Below are positions 16,776-26,053 of a stretch of DNA of 32,000 nucleotides, piece by piece (positions within the stretch are counted from its first letter, which is position 1; every line of letters begins with the position of its first letter). This DNA comes from Ferroglobus placidus DSM 10642 (GTDB taxonomy: Archaea > Halobacteriota > Archaeoglobi > Archaeoglobales > Archaeoglobaceae), in the NCBI RefSeq assembly GCF_000025505.1, contig NC_013849.1:1620001-1652000 (forward strand). The letters are read 5' to 3'. The notes beneath the pieces are model-generated. The model saw only the letters and a list, made by a program, of their open reading frames with translations. It did no database searches and was not told the origin of the DNA. The translations under genes and the position numbers were made by a program.

Positions 16776-17769
16776 CCTCTTTTCAATGAGCCTTCACGAG
16801 CTCGGGGAAATTGCAGACAAAATAAGGAGAGAGAAGTGCGGAGACCTCGTAACTTTTGTTGTGGACACGAACATAAATTACACGAACGTTTGCGTTTCCA
16901 AATGCAAGTTTTGCGCTTTTTATGCGAGAGACGAAAGCGAAGCTTTTGTCCTCTCGGAAAAAGACATTTTGAGGAAAGTTGCCAAAGCTGTTGAGTTCGG
17001 AGCGACTCAGATTCTCATGCAAGGCGGTTTAAATCCAGAACTCGACTTGGCTTGGTTCGAGAAGGTTTTTTCCTCCATAAAAGAAAAGTTTCCCGCAGTT
17101 CACATCCACAGCCTTTCTCCTCCGGAAATAATATTCCTCGCCAAGCTCGAAGGTTTGAACTTCGAAGAAGTTTTGCTTCGGCTCAAAAAAGCCGGACTTG
17201 ACTCTCTGCCGGGAGGGGGAGCTGAAATTCTTTCCGACAGAGTGAGAGGAATGCTGAGCAAAAAGGGAAAAAGCGAGGAGTGGCTTGAAGTTATGAAAGC
17301 TGCTCACGAACTCGGAATGCCGACAACCGCGACCATGATGTTCGGGCACGTGGAAAAAGAGGAGGAAATAATCGAGCACTTGCTGAAAATAAGGGAACTT
17401 CAAGAGGAAACGAACGGATTTACAGCCTTCATTCCCTGGACGTTTCAGCCGGGAAGGAGCGAGTTGAAAGTCGAAAAAGCTTCTCCGGTGAAGTACCTCA
17501 AAGTCGTTGCAATCTCGAGGATCGTTCTCGACAACTTCAGAAACATTCAGGCTTCGTGGCTTTCTCAAGGATTTGATGTCGCTTCCCTCTCACTTCACTT
17601 CGGAGCGAACGACTTCGGAGGGACGCTGCTCGAGGAGAAGGTGATAAGCTCAACAGGCAAAAAACACACTCCGGCAAGGGTGGAGCAGATGGTGAGAGCC
17701 ATAAGAAAAGCTGGCAGAGTTCCGGCGAGAAGAGATACTTATTACAACGTTCTTGAAGTTTACCTCTAA
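16741..17769 (+). CDS. mqnC: Cyclic dehypoxanthinyl futalosine synthase-like radical SAM protein
   Basis: NINYTNVCVSKCKFCAFYARDESEAFVLSEKDI, ILMQGGLNPELDLAWFE, TTATMMFGHVEK, NIQASWLSQG. Confidence 0.85.
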   Translation: MRSYVKPTDYYDLFSMSLHELGEIADKIRREKCGDLVTFVVDTNINYTNVCVSKCKFCAFYARDESEAFVLSEKDILRKVAKAVEFGATQILMQGGLNPELDLAWFEKVFSSIKEKFPAVHIHSLSPPEIIFLAKLEGLNFEEVLLRLKKAGLDSLPGGGAEILSDRVRGMLSKKGKSEEWLEVMKAAHELGMPTTATMMFGHVEKEEEIIEHLLKIRELQEETNGFTAFIPWTFQPGRSELKVEKASPVKYLKVVAISRIVLDNFRNIQASWLSQGFDVASLSLHFGANDFGGTLLEEKVISSTGKKHTPARVEQMVRAIRKAGRVPARRDTYYNVLEVYL

Positions 17770-19109
17770 TTCCTCACCTTCCCCCTCGCTAAGGAAGCGA
17801 AAACCCCGAAGAGGCATAGTATCGCGAATATGATGAAGCAAACCTGAACGCTTTTTATGAACGTTGGATAGACTTCAGGAGTTATTTCAACTTCACCCAA
17901 AAATGCTGCGAAAACGAGCATGACTACAGCCATGCTCATCGTCTGTCCGAGAACTCTCATCGTCGAAAGAATTGCTGACGCTACTCCGTAGAATTTCCTA
18001 TCTACGGAGCTCATAATAGCGTTGGTGTTCGGAGAGCTGAACAAAGCGAAGCCAAATCCCATGAGCATGAGGTTGAAGAGGATTAAATTCAGAGGAGTTG
18101 TTTCGCTCAATTTTGAGAATACGAACAGACCAAAAGCGTTGATCGCCATTCCCGTAGAAGCTACTATTCTCGGTTCAACTCTGTCTGAAAGCCATCCGGC
18201 TAACGGAGAGAAAATAGCTTGAATCACCGGCTGGGCAACCAAAACGAATCCGGCTTGCTGTGGAGTAAGCTCTTTGACGTATTGCAAATATAAGCTCAGA
18301 AGGAAAGCAACAGCGAAAGTTGCGGAGTAGTTTAGGAGAGCCGCTAAGTTTGAAAGGGTGAAAGTGACGTTTTTCCTGAAAAGGCTGATCTCGAGGACGG
18401 GGTGCTCAACTTTGCTCTCCCAAAGCACGAAAGTTACCAATAAAATCAGCCCAGCAATGATTAAAGGAATAGAAAATTCAGAAACGCCGAGCATTATCGA
18501 TATCAGAGTCGCGCTGTATATCAGCGAGCCTATAACGTCGAACTTTTCTCCTCTCGCTTCAGCCCACTCCCCCTTTAGCTTCAGGTAAGTTAAAAAAGCT
18601 ATAAGCAACCCGAGGGGAACGTTCACGAGAAAAACGCTCCTCCAGCCGAAATTTTGAGTCAGAATTCCCCCGAAAAACGGACCCAAGCTAAGTCCGGTGT
18701 AAACCGAAGCTACGTTGATTCCGAGAACTTTGCCTCTCTCGCTTGGAGGAAAAACTGAGGTGAGTATTGCTATTCCGGTGGAAAATATCATAGCTCCTCC
18801 TATTCCCTGGAAAATTCTAAAAGCTATTAAGAGCTCGGCAGAAGTTGACAAAGCCGAGAAAAGCGAACCTAAAGTGAAGAACGCGATTCCGGTAGCAAAT
18901 ATCCTTTTTCTCCCCTTAATATCAGCAAGTCTCCCGAACGGGACGAGAAACATAGCTGAAGAAAGTAAGAAAGACGTTGCAATCCAGTTCAACGTTATCG
19001 CGTCAACGCCAAATTCTCTGCCAATCGACGGAAGAGCAACGTTCACGGAAGAAAGAGTAAACGGAGTTAGGAAAGACGCGAGCGTAATTACAAAGAGGAC
19101 GATCCTCAT
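17766..19109 (-). CDS. MFS transporter, EmrB/QacA-like drug efflux
   Basis: Multi-TM; NVALPSIGREFGVDAITLNWIATSFLL, PFGRLADIKGRKRIF, GWRSVFLVNVPLG. Confidence 0.9.
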   Translation of the reverse strand: MRIVLFVITLASFLTPFTLSSVNVALPSIGREFGVDAITLNWIATSFLLSSAMFLVPFGRLADIKGRKRIFATGIAFFTLGSLFSALSTSAELLIAFRIFQGIGGAMIFSTGIAILTSVFPPSERGKVLGINVASVYTGLSLGPFFGGILTQNFGWRSVFLVNVPLGLLIAFLTYLKLKGEWAEARGEKFDVIGSLIYSATLISIMLGVSEFSIPLIIAGLILLVTFVLWESKVEHPVLEISLFRKNVTFTLSNLAALLNYSATFAVAFLLSLYLQYVKELTPQQAGFVLVAQPVIQAIFSPLAGWLSDRVEPRIVASTGMAINAFGLFVFSKLSETTPLNLILFNLMLMGFGFALFSSPNTNAIMSSVDRKFYGVASAILSTMRVLGQTMSMAVVMLVFAAFLGEVEITPEVYPTFIKSVQVCFIIFAILCLFGVFASLARGKVRN

Positions 19110-20449
19110 ACCACCACCCTCTCGAGAGCTTTGATCGTAAAGTTTCCCAAGAAAAAGGCTACGAGCGAAGCTACAACGTTTCCGAGCGTAATACCTACGA
19201 GAACTCCGTAAAAACCGTAAGATAAAGCGAAAACGTACGCGAAACTTAACTGAAAAACGAGAGTTCTTAGAATGTTCACGGCTAAAGCGTACTCCCCCTT
19301 ACCTATCCCCTGAAACGTTGCGACCGTCATTATTCCGAGAGGGGTAAAGGGTAGAAAGCTCGGAAGAATTCTTAAAGCTATGACGAGTTCGTCGTAAATG
19401 TTAGCGGAAAGCTCTGAATACGTGAACAACACAGCCGACTTCGAAGCCGTTAGAAAAATAAGAGTGAAAGCGAATAACTCGATCGTCGCAGCAATCTTTA
19501 TAGCGTGGTAGTAAGCTTTCTTCAAGTTTTCCATGTTTTTAGCTCCGAAAGCTGCTCCGGTTATAGCCGTTAAAGCTCCAGCCATCCCGAAGAGAGGAAT
19601 AAAGCCGAAACTTACGATCCTCCAAGCACTCGTGAAAACTGCTATTCCCTCAGGCCCTCCGTAGTTGATGATTATCAGGTTGAGAAAAACCATCGCAACC
19701 GACATCGTTATCATCGAGAAAGAGGAAGGAATTCCCACCCTTAGTATGTCGAAAACGACTTTTCCGTCAAACTTAAAGTGCTTAAAGGTTGGAGTGACGT
19801 AAGTTTTCCCGCTCAAAAACCAGTGCAAGTAAATCAGTGACGTCAGCATCATGGAAACGACGGTTGCGTAAGCAGCTCCGACTATGCCTAAACCGAGCAC
19901 GTAAATGAATACGGGATCGAGAACTATGTTTAACAAAGTTCCGGAAACGTTCGCGTACATCGCCCTCTTGGTACTTCCCTCTCCGTTCAGAATACCCGTC
20001 GATACGTTGCTAAAAACGAGAAAGACGCTTCCAGCAACTACAACTCTCGAATAATCGAGAGCGAGCTTTAAAACCTCTCCTTCCGCACCGAAAATTCTGA
20101 GCAAAGTTTCAAGAAAGATCAAAAGAGAGGTTATGGTAGCCGCTACAACTAAGCTTATAACGAGAGCGTGAGAAGCAGTGCTGTCTGCTCCGACTTTATC
20201 TTTAGCTCCGATTCTCCTTGAGATTGCGGAGCTGGCACCAATTCCCAAACCAACCGAAAGGGCAATGAAAATCATAAAAATTGGGAAAAAGATGCCTACA
20301 GCAGATAAAGCGCTTGAACCAAGCCCAGCAACCCAAACTCCGTCTGCTAAGTTGTAGAGAGTGAAAACGAGGTTGCTTATCATCGCCGGAATGGAAAGCT
20401 TAATGAGAGCTTTTTTCGGGTCTCCCAGCAGAATTTTAACGCCCTTCAT
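19106..20449 (-). CDS. MATE family efflux transporter
   Basis: KALIKLSIPAMISNLVFTLYNLADGVWVAGLG ... SSAISRRIGAKDK ... GIGKGEYALAVNILR. Confidence 0.92.
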   Translation of the reverse strand: MKGVKILLGDPKKALIKLSIPAMISNLVFTLYNLADGVWVAGLGSSALSAVGIFFPIFMIFIALSVGLGIGASSAISRRIGAKDKVGADSTASHALVISLVVAATITSLLIFLETLLRIFGAEGEVLKLALDYSRVVVAGSVFLVFSNVSTGILNGEGSTKRAMYANVSGTLLNIVLDPVFIYVLGLGIVGAAYATVVSMMLTSLIYLHWFLSGKTYVTPTFKHFKFDGKVVFDILRVGIPSSFSMITMSVAMVFLNLIIINYGGPEGIAVFTSAWRIVSFGFIPLFGMAGALTAITGAAFGAKNMENLKKAYYHAIKIAATIELFAFTLIFLTASKSAVLFTYSELSANIYDELVIALRILPSFLPFTPLGIMTVATFQGIGKGEYALAVNILRTLVFQLSFAYVFALSYGFYGVLVGITLGNVVASLVAFFLGNFTIKALERVVV

Positions 20450-20838
20450 TCGAGATTCCTCAGAATCCTTTCGAGCAATCTCTCCAAAATCTTCACTTCC
20501 TCCCTTTCAAAACCCCTGAGCATTTTTTCGTTTATTTCCGAAGCTATACGCTCAAGTTTCTTTATCATCGCTTTCCCTTCTTCAGTGAGGTGGATGACGT
20601 ACTCTCTACCATCCCTTTTCCTCGTGATCAACCCCTTCTCTTCAAGACTTTTGAGTGCTTTCGAAACAGTTCCCTTCGTCAACCCGGTCTCTTCGACGAT
20701 CTCTTTCTGAGTTGCTTTTCCGCCGTAAACGATTTTCAGGCACTTGAATTCGAGAAAAGTGAGCTCTCCGGATAATCTCTCCATCACTTGCCTCTTAACG
20801 CTCCTGAGTATTAAGAAGAGAATCTTCGCTATGTCCAC
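20446..20838 (-). CDS. MarR-family transcriptional regulator, GTG start
   Basis: LTFLEFKCLKIVYGGKATQKEIVEETGLTKGTVSKALKSLEEKGLITRKRDGREYVIHLTEEG. Confidence 0.9.
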   Translation of the reverse strand: MDIAKILFLILRSVKRQVMERLSGELTFLEFKCLKIVYGGKATQKEIVEETGLTKGTVSKALKSLEEKGLITRKRDGREYVIHLTEEGKAMIKKLERIASEINEKMLRGFEREEVKILERLLERILRNLE

Positions 20839-20886
20839 AAAGTTTCACATGAAACCTTGGGGTTATAAAGTTTCCGATGAAACCTT
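20839..20886. promoter_or_regulatory. Two tandem palindromic operator-like sites upstream of marR
   Basis: AAAGTTTCACATGAAACCTT (20839-20858) and AAAGTTTCCGATGAAACCTT (20867-20886); minus-strand TATA-like CTTTATAACC lies between them. Confidence 0.6.
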
Positions 20887-20926
20887 CCTTGACAAAGTTT
20901 ATCAACGCACGACCTAACTTAAATCC

Positions 20927-22162
20927 GTGGAAGTGGTGGTTAGGAAGAGTGAGGTGAACGGAGAAGTTAAAGCTCCTCCTTCGAAAAGTTACACTCACCG
21001 GGCTTTATTTGCCGGAGCCCTTTCGAGAAGAGCCAGAATTTACAGTCCTCTGATCTCAGACGATACCCTCGCAACGGCTTTTTCTTGCAAAAAGTCGGGT
21101 TCGATTTTTCTTAGAAAGGGAGACGCTGCCATCGTTGGAGGGTTGAGAAAGTTTGGAGGCTATTACAACTGCATGAACTCCGGAACTACTCTCAGAATAC
21201 TGATCTCTCTAGCAGCAGCTTTAGGAGATCATTCCATCCTCGACGGAGACGAATCCTTGAGGAATAGACCGAATAAGGAGCTGTGCGAAGCGGTAAAGAA
21301 ACTCGGAGCTGAGGTGATTGGAGGAGAAGAGTTTAAGGCTCCTTTAAAAATTAGAGGAAGGATAAAGGCTGGCGAGGTGGAAATTTCCGGAAAAAGCTCG
21401 CAGTTCGTAACCTCTTTGCTCTTCGCCCTACCCCTCGTGGGAGATTCGGTCGTTAGAGTAAGAGATCTCAAATCCAAGCCCTACGTTGACGTAACGCTAC
21501 ACGTTTTGGAGGAGAGCAACGTAAAAGTGGAGGTTGAAGGAAACGAGTACCACGTTTACGATTCTGAATACAAGCTCAGAGAATTCCAAGTCCCTCCTGA
21601 TTTCTCGTCAATAAGCTACTTGATAGCTGCCGGCGTTGTTGGGGGAAAAGTTTCGATAAAAAACGTGGTCGATTCGAGGCAGGGGGATAAGGTTATAGTC
21701 GACCTCGTTAGGGAGATGGGGGGAAGAGTTGAGTGGAGGAACGACGAAATAGTGGCTGAAAAATCGGAGCTTGAGGGAATAGAGTTCGACGCTTCTAACA
21801 ATCCGGATTTAGTTCCGACGATAGCAGTTTTGGCAGCTGTTGCCAAGGGAAAAACGAGGATATACAACGCTGAACACTTAAGATTGAAAGAGACGGACAG
21901 AATCACCACGATATGCGAAAACCTTCGAAGGCTTGGGGTAGATGTGAAGTGCGGGGAAGGGGAAATAGTTGTGGAAGGAAAAGGTTTTAGGGAGTTTAAA
22001 GGGGTTGTGGATAGTTTCGGAGATCACAGAATTGCGATGGCTTTCTCAGTACTCGGACTTCTCGGAGAGGTCAGGATTTTAAAAGCCGAGTGCGTCAGCG
22101 TTTCCTATCCGAAATTCTTCCAAGATTTGAAAAAGCTCGGAGCTGATGTAAATGCCGGGTAA
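20927..22162 (+). CDS. aroA: 3-phosphoshikimate 1-carboxyvinyltransferase (EPSP synthase), GTG start
   Basis: [71 protein letters not shown]. Confidence 0.95.
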   Translation: MEVVVRKSEVNGEVKAPPSKSYTHRALFAGALSRRARIYSPLISDDTLATAFSCKKSGSIFLRKGDAAIVGGLRKFGGYYNCMNSGTTLRILISLAAALGDHSILDGDESLRNRPNKELCEAVKKLGAEVIGGEEFKAPLKIRGRIKAGEVEISGKSSQFVTSLLFALPLVGDSVVRVRDLKSKPYVDVTLHVLEESNVKVEVEGNEYHVYDSEYKLREFQVPPDFSSISYLIAAGVVGGKVSIKNVVDSRQGDKVIVDLVREMGGRVEWRNDEIVAEKSELEGIEFDASNNPDLVPTIAVLAAVAKGKTRIYNAEHLRLKETDRITTICENLRRLGVDVKCGEGEIVVEGKGFREFKGVVDSFGDHRIAMAFSVLGLLGEVRILKAECVSVSYPKFFQDLKKLGADVNAG

Positions 22163-23243
22163 CTCCTTCGGACACGTTTTCAGAGTAACCACCTTCGGAG
22201 AAAGTCACGGAAGAGCTGTAGGATGCGTAGTCGACGGTTGCCCGGCTGGTTTGAGAATTAAAAAAGAGGACATTCAGAAAGAATTGGACAGAAGAAAGCC
22301 GGGAGGAAGGCTTTTCTCTCCGAGAAAGGAAAAAGATGAAGTGGAGATTCTTTCGGGAATTTTCGAGGAAAAAACCCTCGGAACGCCGATAGCGATGGTA
22401 GTTTACAATAAAGACGTTGATTCGAAGCCTTACGAGCAGATAAAAAATCTTCTCCGTCCGGGACATGCAGATTACACTTATTTAGCGAAGTTCGGAGTGA
22501 GGGACTGGAGAGGTGGCGGAAGATCTTCGGCGAGGGAAACAGTAGGAAGAGTTGCAGCAGGAGCGATAGCGAAGAAAGTTCTTTCCCAGTTCGGAGTGAA
22601 GGTGATGGGCTACGTAGTAGAGATTGCTGGAATAAAAGCAAATCTCGAAGGGATGGATGCCGAAGAAATTTTCGAAAGAGCCGAGAAGAGCGAAATTAGA
22701 TGTGCGGACTACGAAGCTGAGGAGAAGATGATCGAGAAAATCATCGAAGCGAGGAAAGAGGGTGATAGTGTTGGAGGAGTTGTGGAGGTTGTGATAAGAG
22801 GGTTACCAGCTGGCGTCGGCGAGCCGGTGTTCATGAAACTCGACGCCTACTTAGCATACGCTATGATGAGCATTCCTGCTGTGAAGGGAGTGGAGATAGG
22901 AGCGGGATTCAGAGCTGCGAGAATGAAAGGGAGTGAAATGAACGACGAAATGACGATAGATGGAGGAAGGATAAAGTTCCTCAGCAACAACGCCGGAGGT
23001 GTGCTCGGAGGAATCTCTACCGGAGAAGATGTCGTTGTGAGGCTTGCTGTAAAGCCGACTCCAAGCATTTCGAAAAGGCAGAGAACTGTGAACATCGAGA
23101 CTTTTTCCGAAGACGAAATAGTTGTTAGAGGCAGACACGATCCTTGCATTGCTCCGAGAGCAGTTCCTGTGGCTGAGGCGATGGCGGCAATAGCAACTCT
23201 AGACCTTATGATGATGCAGAATCTCGTTCCGAGGTTCTTCTAA
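22152..23243 (+). CDS. aroC: Chorismate synthase
   Basis: [75 protein letters not shown]. Confidence 0.97.
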   Translation: MPGNSFGHVFRVTTFGESHGRAVGCVVDGCPAGLRIKKEDIQKELDRRKPGGRLFSPRKEKDEVEILSGIFEEKTLGTPIAMVVYNKDVDSKPYEQIKNLLRPGHADYTYLAKFGVRDWRGGGRSSARETVGRVAAGAIAKKVLSQFGVKVMGYVVEIAGIKANLEGMDAEEIFERAEKSEIRCADYEAEEKMIEKIIEARKEGDSVGGVVEVVIRGLPAGVGEPVFMKLDAYLAYAMMSIPAVKGVEIGAGFRAARMKGSEMNDEMTIDGGRIKFLSNNAGGVLGGISTGEDVVVRLAVKPTPSISKRQRTVNIETFSEDEIVVRGRHDPCIAPRAVPVAEAMAAIATLDLMMMQNLVPRFF

Positions 23244-23471
23244 CTACTTCATTCTCTTGTGTTCGAACTCAATTTTCAACTTTTCCAAGTTTTTTGAATC
23301 CACATAGGGAATTAGCGCTCCGCAGTTTATGCAAAGCCGTGGGTAAGCCAGTACAACCCCTCCCAAAATCCCGCTCCACGGCTTTTTCCAGAAGTATTTT
23401 GCGTGTCCGCTATTCTTGCTCTTCCCTTTTATCATTTCTCCTCCGCAGAGTGGACAGGTTTTGATCTCCAT
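23244..23471 (-). CDS. Small zinc-ribbon-like protein
   Basis: MEIKTCPLCGGEMIKGK...RLCINCGALIPYVDSKNLEKLKIEFEHKRMK; CPLC...CINC. Confidence 0.65.
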   Translation of the reverse strand: MEIKTCPLCGGEMIKGKSKNSGHAKYFWKKPWSGILGGVVLAYPRLCINCGALIPYVDSKNLEKLKIEFEHKRMK

Positions 23472-23785
23472 CAGAACGTTAACAGCTTGTCGCACCACTT
23501 AACGATTTCGTAAAGGTCGGCGAGAGTCGAAACTGGACAGGCCGATTCCATTTCCCTCAGTTTCAGGCAAGTTCCGCAAGCGTAAATCTTACCCCCGTTG
23601 TTGGCGAATTTCTCCATCTGTTCCCTAACGTTAAACTTTTCGTCTTCGATCTTCTCGCATTCCACACCCTTGCCAATCAGAAAAACCCTAACTTCATCTC
23701 CAGAGTTTAAAGCAAAGTTCGCAAAGCGAAAAGCGTTCCACACAGTCTCAGCATCGTTAGAAGAGACGACGATCCCGACCTTCAT
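23471..23785 (-). CDS. DsrE/DsrF-like family protein
   Basis: MKVGIVVSSNDAETVWNAFRFANFALNSGDEVRVFLIGKGVECEKI...FANNGGKIYACGTCLKLREMESACPVSTLADL. Confidence 0.75.
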   Translation of the reverse strand: MKVGIVVSSNDAETVWNAFRFANFALNSGDEVRVFLIGKGVECEKIEDEKFNVREQMEKFANNGGKIYACGTCLKLREMESACPVSTLADLYEIVKWCDKLLTF

Positions 23786-23867
23786 AAAAAGAACTCTTTG
23801 AACTTCGATAAAAACTTTAGGTTTCGAACGCAAGAATTATATTCAAGTTAGCATAAGGCTTATTCGA

Positions 23868-24003
23868 GGGGCCGTGGCGTAGCCAGGAAGCGCGGCGGGC
23901 TCCAGCGGCGTGATGACTGATGGGTCTGCTGAGCGGTGATGATCCGCTGGAGTACTGACCCGGGGAGACCCGCCAGTCGTGGGTTCAAATCCCACCGGCC
24001 CCA
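23868..24003 (+). tRNA. tRNA-Trp (CCA) with a 62-nt intron (23906-23967)
   Basis: Acceptor GGGGCCG/CGGCCCC plus A; anticodon stem GCGGG/CCCGC; spliced loop CTCCAGA (anticodon CCA at 23902-23904); canonical bulge-helix-bulge with central helix CUCC/GGGG and bulges AG|C and AG|A. Confidence 0.95.
23910..23958 (+). ncRNA. Intron-encoded box C/D guide RNA
   Basis: Box C GTGATGA 23910-23916, D' CTGA 23929-23932, C' GTGATGA 23936-23942, D CTGA 23955-23958; both guides complement the host tRNA. Confidence 0.88.
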
Positions 24004-24181
24004 TTTTTATGGGTTCAACCACTTCTCCTTTTTCCATCTTCTAATTTTGATTAACTGCTTTAGCAATTATTATTTTGAAGACTCTATACTTGGTGGGCAC
24101 GTTTGACAAAACCCCCTTCAGCACGGCACCGTGCAATACTTCAGAGACTCTACCCTAGAATGTATCCGGGTGTAAGTGCAT

Positions 24182-25081
24182 CTAAGTTGATTTCCCCGTC
24201 ACCAAATTTAATTTCGCACACCATAGCATCAAAAAGGTTTTCGAAAGAAGGGGGGTGTCCAATAATTTACGAAGCCCATACTTCCATCTTAAAGCAATTT
24301 TTATACAGTAAACAATATTTCTTGCAAGAATCCTCGTTTTATCACTTCTACCTCTGGACTTCAGTCTATCGCCGAATTCAACGCTTAGAGCTCCGAAGAC
24401 TCCTTCTCCAACGGCTCTATACCTGTAAATCGATCTATCGAAAGAGAGATCCCTTATCTTCGAACCAAAGCCGTCTGTTTTTCTCTTCGTCGGCTTAACG
24501 ATCGGCAGATAGCCTTTCCAAACGAGTTCGTTCAGAGCTTTTTTGGTGTCAAAGGCTCCGTCAGCGAGAACGAATCCTTTTCCTTCCGGAATTCCCCGAA
24601 TAAATTCTTCTTCAGAACTCATTAGGTCAACGTAAACTGGAATGAGCGATTCTCCAACTCTAACGCAGACGAAGAGTTCGCTCAAGTTCTTGTTCCAGTT
24701 CGAAAACTTTGTAGAGTCTATTACGGTGTAGAAGTATTCTACCTGACTCAGAAACTCGTTCATGGCTTTGAGAACTTCTTTTATCAGATCCGAGTGCCTT
24801 GTTTCCTAGTAATTGAGCGTGGACTTCGGAATTCTGACTTTGAGGAATTTCCTTGCGAGAGATTCCGAATAGCGAAGGCTGCACTTAAAGATCTCTTTCA
24901 GAACGATAGCCTTGACGTACAGGCTTAGACATCTTTTAGGCTTCCTTCCCTTACGTTTCTCGAATCTTTCATCAATCTTCAGCGATGCCAAAATCACGTG
25001 AAGGAATTTGAGAATCAGTTCGACGTCGTAAATGGCTGAATTCCATCTTTTGAGCAAGTTCGGAAAGTTATTTTCGGACAC
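24182..25081 (-). pseudogene. DDE-type IS transposase interrupted by an in-frame TAG
   Basis: ORFs 24806..25081 and 24182..24763 share one frame. The junction reads ...VRIPKSTLNY*ETRHSDLIKEVLKAMNEFLSQVEYFYTVIDSTKFSNW..., with TAG at 24806-24808. Confidence 0.8.
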
Positions 25082-25086
25082 GCCCC
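24250..25086. mobile_element. Probable IS element bounded by short imperfect inverted repeats
   Basis: GGGGGGTGTCC at 24250-24260 and GGACACGCCCC at 25076-25086 (11 bp, one mismatch when inverted) flank the transposase. Confidence 0.5.
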
Positions 25087-25124
25087 GGTAAAGGATGGCT
25101 TTAAATATTTGAAGTTACAGAAAT

Positions 25125-25409
25125 ATGTGTATGCCCAACATAACTTTATCGATACCAGAGGACATTTACAGGAAAATAAAGAAGTACAGTGAGATTAAAT
25201 GGAGCGAAGTAATAAGGAGGGCGATAGTTGACTATTTGAAGAAATTAGAAGAAAGTAAGACTGAGATTAGTGCTAAAGAGCTTTTAGACGAACTCGGTGA
25301 AGATTTTAAAAAGAGTTTAAACGAACTTGATTTCGAGAGGTCTGTTGAAGGCTACGAAAGAATGAGGGATATGGAATGGAAAAGGATCTCTACGATACGA
25401 GTAAACTAA
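25125..25409 (+). CDS. VapB/RHH-type antitoxin
   Basis: MPNITLSIPEDIYRKIKKYSEIKWSEVIRRAIVDYLKKLEE; TATA-like CTTTAAATAT just upstream. Confidence 0.8.
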   Translation: MCMPNITLSIPEDIYRKIKKYSEIKWSEVIRRAIVDYLKKLEESKTEISAKELLDELGEDFKKSLNELDFERSVEGYERMRDMEWKRISTIRVN

Positions 25410-25670
25410 TTGAATTATACAGGAACGAGAAAAGCGTTAGCGGATACACTAGAACTGGATCTCACAATATTGTACCCATCAAAATCCGATTATAACCTAG
25501 CTCTCAAAATTTCTACGGAACTGCTAAAAATTGGAAAGCCTATACCTGCTGTCGATATAATAATCTCCGCAATCTCAATAAATAAGGGTTTAAGGGTAAT
25601 AACGAAAGATAAACACTTCCTATTTGTTAAAGATGTTATAAGCGAATTCAATGTCATAGTAGAAGATTAG
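25376..25670 (+). pseudogene. Degenerate VapC (PIN) toxin
   Basis: N-terminus MEKDLYDTSKLIELYRNEK in one frame; C-terminus LTILYPSKSDYNLALKISTELLKIGKPIPAVDIIISAISINKGLRVITKDKHFLFVK in another, with the middle apparently missing. Confidence 0.75.
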
Positions 25671-25799
25671 CTTTCTCTTAACTCTGTTTACTTTTAATGC
25701 TACTTTAGTTCCGAGAAGTAGCTTGTATAAGAGTTTAGCAAATCTGCTTTATAGAGAGACACTTGGAATGGGAGTACGATGATGAGAGAAAACTGTAGA

Positions 25800-26050
25800 G
25801 TGGATTTCAAAAATAACCGGAATGAAGGAAAGCGAGGTACGGATATAACTTGCTTTAGATACTTTCAAGAGGTTGTGGGACGGAATAAGCGATGAAATGA
25901 AGCGAAAAGCGGTCTTTTACTCAGATCGCCGGGACGCTTACAATTTAATCCCTTACAAGCCACGTTGGAAGATCGTTCTTAACCGACAACAAACAAACTC
26001 CTAAGATGGGCTTTGTAGGCAAAAAAGCTCGTGAGAAAGCAGAAGTTGAG
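25800..26050 (+). pseudogene. Possible IS1-like transposase remnant
   Basis: Reads in pieces: ALDTFKRLWDGISDEMKRKAVFYSDRRDAYNLIPYKPRWKIVLNRQQTN then LRWALQAKKLVRK, resembling the D-x-Y/KETN.../LVRKT segments of IS1-type transposases, but frame-broken and incomplete. Confidence 0.4.
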
Positions 26051-26053
26051 AAA

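Noticed and set aside
17029-17568. 179-aa minus-strand ORF inside mqnC
   Set aside because: Antisense to a clearly coding radical SAM gene; no recognisable motifs.
22258-22641. 127-aa minus-strand ORF inside aroC
   Set aside because: Shadow ORF opposite a well-supported chorismate synthase; Leu/Ser-rich nonsense composition.
24121-24134. GCACGG-CA-CCGTGC inverted repeat after tRNA-Trp as an attachment or regulatory site
   Set aside because: Isolated 6-bp arms with no second copy or adjacent integrase seen; insufficient support.
24103-24498. 131-aa plus-strand ORF over the IS element
   Set aside because: Opposes the transposase frame and has no family resemblance.
24806-24808. UAG encoding pyrrolysine in the transposase
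   Set aside because: No supporting evidence in the window, and the surrounding IS is otherwise degenerate. A Trp-to-stop mutation is simpler.
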